Of a stretch of DNA of 64,000 nucleotides, positions 26,721 to 36,539 are shown one piece after another. Numbering within the stretch: position 1 is the stretch's first letter; every line of letters begins with the position of its first letter. The notes below the pieces were generated by a model that saw only the letters and a list, made by a program, of their open reading frames with translations, was not told where the DNA came from and searched no databases. The stretch is from Rozella allomycis CSF55 (Eukaryota). The translations under genes and the position numbers were made by a program. Location: NCBI GenBank assembly GCA_000442015.1, contig KE560428.1, positions 1 through 64,000 of the forward strand. Reading direction: 5' to 3'.

Positions 26721-27003
26721 TTATTCAGCAGGCTCTTCAATGGGTGACAAACTTATAGTACTGTCATATTCTGAATACAATACACTTTCGTTTTCATCAA
26801 CACCCTGTTTTTGAAACATTTCATCGACTTCAACGGCCACTATATTCAACAGTTCCAATACTTCATATTTAGTGCCTTCTGGAAAATGCGATTGAATAAA
26901 CTGAATAGGAATTAACATTTTCTTTAAGAGTAATTATCAATTTTTTTGACATGGTTTGAGCTAAATGTAATAAAAGAAAGCAGAGAAGTAGATGGAATTT
27001 CAT
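26721..27003 (-). CDS. small secreted protein, peptidase inhibitor I9-like; apparent 1-nt frameshift near 26910
   Basis: ATG at 27003 gives MKFHLLLCFLLLHLAQTMSKKLIITLKEN; continuing in the adjacent frame gives PIQFIQSHF...LNIVAVEV...VLYSEYDSTISL. Confidence 0.45.
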
Positions 27004-27070
27004 AAAATCTGATAAGCCCCCGGGAATTTTCAATCAGTAAAGTGTAAATCAACAGNCAAGAAATCTCTAA

Positions 27071-30000
27071 ATGGAGTCACGAAAGAATGACACTGTGCGA
27101 TGCAAAACTTGCAAGGAGTTATTATGCCATACTTCGGATTGCTACATTTTTAAAGAAAAAGTATCTAAACAAGTTCACTTTGCTCTCGCTACACGGGAAA
27201 ACGTGATCCTCGACCAAGCTACAACAAAAAAGTTCAAAAAGTTTCGAGTGACGTGTAAGGGTAAGGACCCTCACAAGATAGGGACAGTGAATTGTATAGG
27301 GTATCAAGACGCGGAGATTATTTGTTTGAGTTTGAAAGATTTGTGTATCGGAGATGATCAGTTTAAAAAAGTTGACGATTTGGTCAAAGTAGAGCAGTCA
27401 TATGTATGGAAAGTTGTGGAAGATATGGTGATTGACCAAGTTAAGGCAGTTGAATCTTGCTATAGGCGAACAAACTTTCCCAATGGTCATGTCGAATTGC
27501 CGAATGATATAAAGCTTGAATATGAACCATTTGATTACCAAATTGAATGTTTCCATCATATTATGAATGTCCATAACAGTCATAAAAAGAATTCAGTCAT
27601 ATTCCTTGAAACAGGTACAGCTGTTGTTGCATTAAATATAGGACGCGGAAAAACATTGATTTCTGTATTGACGGCAGCGAAAATGCTTGAACTGAATCCT
27701 GATAAACGAATTCTTATGATTGTACCTACCGTTAGTTTGGTGTGTCAGCAAGTGAAGATATTTAAGACATGGCTACCAAATGGGCATGCAATCTGTTGTG
27801 GAATATTTGGGGAAATGTCTCAAACTAAAAAAGCTGCATTTTGTCTTGATGAGAAAATGAGAGTCTTTGTTACTACTGCTGGTTCCTTCAATAATCTGAC
27901 TTTAAAAACATGCACTGAAAATGAGGGCTGTTCGGATGATTGTTTGCATAAATTGTTGCACATAGGGCAATTTTCATTATTGATACTTGACGAATCACAT
28001 CATTGTTTTAAGAATTCCCCTTATAATGATGTCATAAGGGCGTACGATCAATGTAAACCTGAATTTAGGCCAATGATACTTGGCTTAACTGCATCCCCAA
28101 TAGTGGGCAGCATTAGTAATCCAGACGAAAATATCCGTAGCTATCTTGGAAACTTTAATGCTTCTATATTTTATCCATTTTATAGAGATATTCTCAACGA
28201 TTCCGATTGGGCATTCAAAAAGAGATTTAACTTTCAGTTCGAGGAGTTTAAAGTTGATAAAAAGGAGATTTTGTTTAGAGATACTTTGATTAAAATGATT
28301 AAAGATATTTTAGCTAGTATTTCTATGCCATTAAATGATGGAAGGGATTGGAATCTGAATCTTATTCGTGCGGAAATCAATGTCTTGTTGTCACAAGAAG
28401 AATATGGAAACAAACATAAGCTTGTTCGTTATTGTATAAAAATGTTAAACTGTTTGGATAGTATTGCTACTGATTATTTGTGTGAAGTTGTTGAGACTGT
28501 CAAACTTCACCACAAGTTGATTGAAGCAAAAGACAAAATCTTGTGGAATCAATTGAATTTAGTTGCTTCGTTTAAGAATTATCTGGCGCTTTTGGATTCT
28601 TTAGAAGCACATTTGGAAGGTTCTAGGTCAAAAGTAGATTTGTTAAAGGATGTATTGTTAAGGCACACTGACAGGTTATCCAAGACCATAGTGTTTTTCC
28701 AGAGAAGAAAAGATTGCAGAAAGCTAAAAGATATATTAAGCAAAGATCCGGAATTCAGTAAATACAATCCTGAATATGTGATTGGACAAGGCTTTGGAGA
28801 TGGAATGACGAATTTTCAAGTTCAACGATGTTTAAATGATTTTAAAAGCGGTGAATGTAGGCTTTTATTGGCTACTGATATTTTGGAAGAAGGTATCGAT
28901 GTCCCAGAATGCAATGTTGTGATAAGATATGATTTGTCAAAAACTGTGAAATCATTTATTCAAAGTAGAGGGAGAGCCAGGAAAGAAAACTCCAAATTTA
29001 TTGTTTTAACAGAGTCTATTGAACAAACCAAAAAGCTTCTTCAAGACGAGAAGGAAATGTTACGTGCTATTTGTGAAAGGACTATGGAGGATGTAGAAGA
29101 AAGAAAGGATGATTCATCGTTAAGAAGACTGATGTCGCAAGTAGAACGGTTAAAAATAAATGCAATTGAATCAATTAAAAACATATTCGTGGAAATGTGT
29201 TCATCTAAAAGTAAAGAAGAAATATCAAAAATTCTCAAGAAACATATTGGAAGTATTGAATGCAGTTCGCAAAAAGATGGCTTGTATTGGATTGCCTTTG
29301 AATTAAAAGATTCTAAAAGTTGTGATATTTATGAGAATATTCTTCAAATACAGTTTAACGATCCTAAAGTTAAATTGCGTCCGATTGAACCAATAAAGTC
29401 AGCAAAAATTGTGTTGAGCTGTGGAAGTCTTTGTCATGGTTATTTTCAAGATGACAATAACTTTGTGATCTGTGATGAAATTTTAGAAAAATTTTCTCTT
29501 GAAGTGAATTTTGATTCCAGGAACTCCTTTTTAAAATTTGTTGCTGAAGATAAAATTTTGATGAAATGTTCCTTTTTATCTCTAAAGAATGAAATATCAA
29601 TTTCGCAAAGGCCAGATAAAACTTTAGTGATTTTTTCTTTGCATTCCGCTCCTGAATTTTACATTCACGACAGCGACCTGAAACAAACGTATGTGGATAT
29701 GAGATTTAAACCATTGACATTTTGCTTTAAAGTAGACATGGAATCTAGTCATGATTTATGGACTTTTAGAACTATATTTTCTTCGGGAACATTAAAATGC
29801 TATGATAAAATCATATCTTTTCATCAACAAGACAATCAAATAAAGAAAAAGTACCTGAAGCTTGATTTTGAGCGAGAATATTTTCTTTGGTCTCTTTTGA
29901 CTGATAAGTTTTCACATTTAGGTTTAAGCAGAGATCTAATTGAAGTTATTTCCGAAATAGATGATGTTAATGAATTATATATTCCAAGGGATACAACTGT

Positions 30001-33000
30001 TAATACAGTATCGGATCTTATTACTCTAATTAAAACTTCTAAAAAGCTGGTAATTTATTTAATTTGTTTTTATTAGGAAAAAAGGGAACTTAAGAACTAT
30101 CTTTGGGTTAAGCGGATAATAATTACACCATGCAGATTTGTTTTTACTGGTGAAGACGCCATATCGAGCAACAGAGTTTTTCGGTTATTGTCAAATAAAG
30201 TGGATGACTTTATCGACTGCAATATTCGATATGAGGATTTTTCAGAGCATTTAGTTTGGCAAGTCGAACCATTCTTACCAGTTTTAAAAACCATTTTATT
30301 GAAAGGAATAAAAGTTGGGGATAAAGTTTTTAAGTTTTTTGCAGCCTCAAACAGCCAGCAGAGAAATGGTGGTTTATATCTAACCAATCTGGATCAAAAC
30401 AGCTTGTATAGTACTTTAGGGGACTTTTCATCATTACCAAACGCGGCAAAAACAATGAGTAGAATTGGTTTATCTTTGGGTTCTTCTTTGGCGACTATTT
30501 CTATTACATTCAATAAAAATATGATGATTGATGATGTGAAGAATGACAAATACTGCTTTACAGATGGAATCGGAATGATTTCCCCAGATTTAGCTTCTGA
30601 AATTACAAAGTTAATGGGGTTGGAGAAATGTCCTAGCGCTTTTCAAATTAGATACGCTGGATTCAAAGGTGTGTTGGCGGTTAATCCAAATGCCAAGGGA
30701 ATTTTATTTAGACCCAGTATGAAGAAGTTTGAATCAAAATACTCTCACATTGATGTCCTTAATTATTCTAAACCACAGAATCTTACATTAAACAGACAAT
30801 CTATTGCTATCTTATCTCATCTTGGAATTTCTGACGAAACCTTTGAAATGATACACGACGATCATTTGTTCTCTTTAATTGATTCATTTAATGATCCACA
30901 CACAGCACATTGTCTTTTAAAAGAACACTTGAATCATCATTTACTGGATGTTTCTCTGATAAAATCCAAATGTAACTTTTTATTTGATCCTTTTTTTCAA
31001 AAAATGCTTCACAATCTAGTTCTATATCAAATTAACTCTTTAAAGACAAAAGCATGTATTCCGGTAGAAAAAGGTAGAAATATGATTGGAGTTGTGGACG
31101 AATATGATATTCTTGATTATGGTAAAGTTTTTGTTCAATACACTGACGATAATGAAAATTGTGAAATTGTTAAAGGAAAAGTGGTTGTTTATAGGTGTCC
31201 ATTGTCTAGGGCTAGTGATGTTCTTGTATTGGAGGCGATTGATGTTCCTGAATTGCGTCATTTGAAAGATGTTATTGTTTTTCCTCGTAAAGGTGTGCGT
31301 CCGCACCCTCATGAATGTTCAGGTGGAGATTTAGATGGCGATCTATATTCTGTTATATGGGAAGAAAAGTTAATTCCTGCTGAATCTAAAGAATTTGTTG
31401 ATATTGAGTGTCCTGTAATAGAGCAAGTTAGGGAATCAACTAGTATTGAGACTATGTGCCAGAGATTCATTGATATAAAAGCAACGAATAGGCTTGGAAT
31501 AGCATCACATGCACTACAAGCAATTTGGGACCATGAAGGAGTGGAGAGTGAAAAGGCGAGATATTTGGCTGCTTTTATATTTTATCACATTGATGCAGTT
31601 AAAACTAACATTGACGCAAAGTTTAATTCTTATGCAAAGCCTAAAGCATATCCCCATTTCATGGAAACAAAGAACAACTATTACTTGAGCAAAAATATAC
31701 TAGGCAAATTGTATGATAAGTGCAGTGATTTGGTTATGGAAGACGCAGAAACCAACCCCAAGAAATATGATCTATTTATTCTCGAAGGTTATGAGAAATT
31801 CTTAAAAGAAGCAGAAGAACTTTACAAAGAATACGAACTGTCTTTATCTCAAGAACTTGATCGTTATGGCTTGAATGAATATGAATTTCTTTCTGGTGCA
31901 ATTAGGCGCATTCCGGATAAAATTACAGAGAGGACTGAAACATTTGTATTGAAAATCAGAGAAACATCTAAAAAACTGATCGAAGATTACAGAAAGCGAA
32001 TTATTAAAGACCCGGCATTTGTCTCTGCGTGTTACTTTGTTGGGCTAAGAGAAAAATATAAAAGTTTTGCTTGGATCGAATATGAAACTTTAATAAACTC
32101 AATTCAAGTGCAGAATGTTAACTTGACTATGGAAGATAAAATCAATTCATCTCTAAGAAAGTATTTGGATTCCAAAGGTGACTTGCTTGATAAATTGGAT
32201 CAAAGAATTTGCATGGGTGAAAGATTGATCAAAATTATTAATAGTGTTTGTGATAATAGAGTCAAATATTCTGGAAGTACAGCAACTTTGTTGTTTAGTG
32301 ACAACTCTGATATTGATTTGATTGTTTGTGAAGCAGATAAAGATTTAATGATACGAATTTATGAAGAAATTAGGAAAACATACAACGAAGCAGAGTTAAT
32401 TCCACACGAGCATGTGTATACAATCAGAGGCGATTTTTTTGATATAACAAATAATGATAATGGTAAAACTGAAAAACTTTTATGTTTATTCTCAAATCAT
32501 CACGAGCTTTATCCTATTCTCTTCTTTTTTATCGATTGGTTACGTTCTATTGGTTATATCAATTCAACAGAAAGATCTAATGGTTTGTTTTTAACAACTG
32601 AAGCTATTTGGTTTTTTATCGATTCTTTAAAGAAGATTGGATATCTGAACAATTCTTTTCTATTTTATGTAAAAAGCAGTCTTTTTGGTGGCATCAAACC
32701 AAGTGATATTAATTGTGAAGGTAAAGAGATCTATAAATTTTGGGCGTCTCAATTACCAATAGTTAAAGAAAAGTTGAAGAAGTCTAATCTTTCTGCTCAA
32801 TATCTATGGAAATTTCTGAAAAGTTTATCAAGAAAATCTCCCGGAGTGATTGAGCAATCATGGTCAAGTTTTATTCAAATTTGCATTAAAGCGCTGTATC
32901 TTTTCTCTGTTTCTGACGGTGACTTGTTCAGTTTCTTATCTAAATTTCACACCTCTCTATGTTTACCAATAAACGGACTATTAGCCAGTAGGTTCTCGTC

Positions 33001-34399
33001 TCATGAAGAATATCATAAAAAGTACTTGTACGCGAAATTTAATATTCCAAGCACTGTTAACATTGAATTTAAATCCATAAACACAAAATTGTTTCTTATG
33101 GCTAGTGGAGATCCTGTGTCACTTGAGAATATTAAACGTGAAATTGAATTCTTAAATTATTACGCTGTTATCATGCGTAAGAGAAATGAAAACTCTTATT
33201 TTATTGAAAATTCTTCCTTTATTCTTGTAGAAGGCTCGAATGATTTCAAAAACGATCGGCTGGTTTTTGTTCCTCTTCACAATTTTCCTGACATGAAAAA
33301 TATCAGATTGCATCCAGAACATTATGGGTTACCTCAACACTTTATAAGGTTGCTTCAAAGTGTTTGCAAAAAGAATTGGAAAGAGGATGCATTTGATAGG
33401 TTTTTTAAGCGATTCAAAGAGCAGATTGAGATGTTCACTTGTGCAATCAAAAATAAACATGAACATGAAAGATTAATTGGTCCACTAACAGCTTTAATTC
33501 GTGTTGGATATCATTATTTGTTAAAGATTAAGGAAGAGGAATGTCAATTTTTATCAGTTACCGAACTGGAAGATTTATTTCAATTGGGATTAAATCCTCG
33601 TGAGCAGAATGAAGATGAATCTGATGAAGGGTCTGGTGAAAGTGGGTCTGAAGATTTAAGTTTAGAATTTGGGTCTCCTGAGAAATCTGTTGCCAAACTA
33701 AACGAAAATTTTGATGAAGTCAATTCAAAAGTCACACATTCGTTTTTTACTATTGCTAGAAAAGATCCAGTCGAACATTATCTTAGAAAAGGGTTTCAAT
33801 TAACTTCTACAATTAACAAAATTTCAATTACAATTGAATCCGCGGATCGTGATTTTAATATTGACCTTGATGAAAACTATAATTTTGTATGCATTGAACA
33901 CAGGGCTGTTAGGTGGTTTTGTTCCACATTAACTGCGTTTGATGACGCTCAAAAGGAACGTTCTGAAATTCTAAATGACGTTCGATTCTATTTAAATTGT
34001 CAAAATACATGCAAGAACGATCCCTTGGCAAAGAAAATAGCAAACGTTTTTATTTCAAATCCTCCTAAAGATTATGACGACATTTACTCCAGACAAGAAT
34101 TCAAAAAATTGAATGTCTCTGTTCGTAATGTAAGGATTCAATCTCAAAGTACATATGATGCAATTAATGGATCTGTAGTATTGATTAAAACAGGTGTTAG
34201 AAATATCTATTCGGAGGCTCTCAGAAAAGCTATCCCTGACGTAGATCAAAGACCAAGAATAGAAATTGATTTAAGATTTAATAACAAGTGCATTGAAGAT
34301 TTGTATGAAGGAGAAGTTGCGGAAAGTTCTGTGCTTGAAGATTTCGCTAGAAAGTTTTTTGAAAGTGGGCTAGAGTTAATGGAACTTATGAATAAATAA
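27071..34399 (+). CDS. multidomain RNA-dependent RNA polymerase: RLR-CTD-like + DExH helicase + RdRP + Cid1/TUTase-like nucleotidyltransferase + unknown C-terminal domain (~2424 aa; introns 27615-27641 and 30050-30076)
   Basis: Both ORFs are in the same frame, and the separating TAG is the end of a 27-nt GT-AG intron. Motifs LETGRGKT, DESHH, GLTASP, EEGIDVPECN, QSRGRAR; ITPCR..SNRV, FTDGIG, FQIRYAGFKG, CSGGDLDGD; SGS.x9.DID. Confidence 0.9.
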
Positions 34400-34600
34400 T
34401 TTAATTTAACTAAAGATTATGCAATGAAATTTATTGTCAGTATAATTCTTTAAGACACTAAATTAATGAATTTTTCCTTTTCGTTTCGGCTTCATCCACA
34501 AGATTTTCTAAATCTCTTCTTTTAATAGACTCCGCGTCGGCTAAAGTTAAATTACATGGAAGGGTAACAGGCAATTTGACAATTTCGGTTACAGCTTTGA
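34283..34600. repeat. diverged direct segmental duplication with ~36415-36705 (RdRP 3' end + intergenic + GTPase 3' end)
   Basis: Shared blocks acaagtgcattgaagatttgta, tgaagatttcgctagaa, tctttaagacac.aaattaatgaatttttccttttc, gctaaagttaaat.acatggaagggtaa.aggcaa.ttgacaatt. Confidence 0.85.
34450..34600 (-). pseudogene. truncated, frameshifted remnant of the 3' end of the AIG1-like GTPase gene family
   Basis: IVKLPVTLPCNLTLADAES...DLE matches IVNLPITLPCYLTLAIAES...DLE of 36540-37670; EKFINLVS* is present in a shifted frame. Confidence 0.75.
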
Positions 34601-35186
34601 ATGCTTCAGAAATATCAAGTGATAGTCCTCTGAAAATTCGCATGGGAATACCAACAACCGACTTTTGGCTGCCTAGAACATCCTATTTGCAATTCAAAGC
34701 TTTTTTCCCCACCACTGCTGATGTTACTCGCAGATTTAGAAATGGCATTTGGAACAGCTTAGAGAAACTCTGTTGGAGGTAACACCGTTGAATACATTCA
34801 CAAACAATACAATTAAAATGAAGTTTGGACCATTCTTTACGAGTGCAGCAGTGAAGAAAGATTGGACGCAGCAACGGAACGAACATCTTGGTCTCAGTCC
34901 GATAGAATCTACACTCTGAGATTGGCAAGTGGATTGCTTGGATTAAAAATATGGTTCCATTGTATTTATTGGGAGGCAAGGTATCAATTGAGTGGATATG
35001 GCATAAGGTGTTTCGCTGTCTTTGCAACAACAGAAGATACCAAATATACAATCAAAGAGATAAATTTCTTTTGACAATCCACAGCATGCCCTTAAAACCA
35101 CCCGAATGATGATGATCTTCATCTTGTGTCAAAACAATAGTTTTCTAGTCAGCGTATTCAGTGTAAGCAATTCTATCTAAACCAGA

Positions 35187-35309
35187 CTGATAACCCATCA
35201 ATCGATCAAAACATTTTCTCAATTCTTCAATTGATGGAGCACCATAATCAAGAGGACTCGTATTTGCAGCACCTGATTGATTGGCACTATGGGCAATCAA
35301 TAGAAATTT
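35187..35309. repeat. 123-bp perfect inverted repeat with 36040-36162
   Basis: Both arms translate KFLLIAHSANQSGAANTSPLDYGAPSIEELRKCFDRLMGYQ on opposite strands; the second arm is bounded by Ns at 36039 and 36163. Confidence 0.85.
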
Positions 35310-35566
35310 GGCGTCACGATTCTTTGCATTAACCAAAAGTTCATTTCATTTAGAAGTCACAGGAATTCTATGATACGAAAACGAAGGCATCAAGTAGTTT
35401 TGGCTCATTCGACAACGTATAAGCATTCACAATAAAAAATATTCCACTCATTATTAGTTGGCATCAAGGAAGAATCAATTCTATTCTTGACAACCGCCAA
35501 TTGCCATGGCAACTCCGCTTTTAGTAATATAGATGACTAAGCCACTACGCCTTTATTTTCATCCAA

Positions 35567-36031
35567 ATGGATTCTTCAAGTACAAATGTACCGAGCGTGC
35601 ATACAATTGAAGCTTGGAAGGGAGAATTCAAGGAACTGAAAAAGGATATCGTTGATCTGAGGACTGGATTTGACGATTTGGAGACGGAACTCGCTAACGT
35701 CACGGCCACTCTCACTGGTTTAGTGACTTGGATGCAGAAGCCTATTTTGTGCCCTTTGATGGAATGGTTTTACCGAAAGAAGATGGCAGTTCCAGATAGT
35801 GATCATCGTCCTCTGTTCGATCTTCTATCTTCATGGAATAATAATGAGGTACTTTCTAGAACAGGGCTGGAAAGAAAGGTTTGGTTAGCAATGTATCACT
35901 TTTGCCAATCAAGACCGTATGAATGTAATTCTATTGTTCACGGAAGGCCTCCTTTTAAACTGGCAAAACAATGCTATCACTCTGTGGCGTCCACCTTTAC
36001 AATCGATTCAGAAGCGGAGCAAGGTTTTTAA
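35567..36031 (+). CDS. hypothetical protein with N-terminal coiled coil
   Basis: 154-aa ATG-initiated ORF; heptad region FKELKKDIVDLRTGFDDLETELANV. Confidence 0.55.
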   Translation: MDSSSTNVPSVHTIEAWKGEFKELKKDIVDLRTGFDDLETELANVTATLTGLVTWMQKPILCPLMEWFYRKKMAVPDSDHRPLFDLLSSWNNNEVLSRTGLERKVWLAMYHFCQSRPYECNSIVHGRPPFKLAKQCYHSVASTFTIDSEAEQGF

Positions 36032-36163
36032 GTCATTGNAAATTTCTATTGATTGCCCATAGTGCCAATCAATCAGGTGCTGCAAATACGAGTCCTCTTG
36101 ATTATGGTGCTCCATCAATTGAAGAATTGAGAAAATGTTTTGATCGATTGATGGGTTATCAGN

Positions 36164-36300
36164 ACAAAATTGCATTTATTCTTACATTTTTGGATGTAGC
36201 TATCCATTTCACGATCGAAATCTGCAACATTTAATCATAAACATTAGGATTCATTTATGACTAGATTTTTTCTCGATTAGCAAATAATAATGGAACCAAT
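36164..36300 (-). pseudogene. degenerate internal fragment of the AIG1-like GTPase family
   Basis: ctatccatttcacgatcgaaatctgc is shared with 36811-36836 and encodes ADFDREMDSYI in both places. Confidence 0.6.
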
Positions 36301-36539
36301 GAATACTATTTTTCTTGATCTGACCTTAACATTTTAACCGACTCAGTCCATCAAAGAAAAACACATGTTTTACTGTGGTTGGTTATTCACTTTGAAGTCT
36401 TTCGAAATTCAATGACAAGTGCATTGAAGATTTGTAAGGAAAGAAAGTTGTATGTTTGAAGATTTCGCTAGAATTTNTTTTATAAATAAATAATTTAACT
36501 ATACACTATGCAATTAAATTTTATTGTGAGTATAAGTCT

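Noticed and set aside
27071-30076. Stand-alone Dicer or RIG-I gene separate from the RdRP
   Set aside because: No RNase III, PAZ or CARD is visible, and the stop codon lies at the end of a canonical 27-nt intron that joins it in frame to the RdRP
30074-30076. Stop-codon readthrough or TAG reassignment
   Set aside because: Splicing explains it more simply, and other genes in the window end normally at TAG
30188-31800. Endogenous viral RdRP
   Set aside because: The DLDGD double-psi-barrel motif is the cellular RNAi type, not the viral palm GDD
34600-35140. Degenerate Mutator-like transposase remnant
   Set aside because: Only a vague resemblance (TDF...AFFP); no catalytic DDE set, TIRs or target-site duplication could be supported
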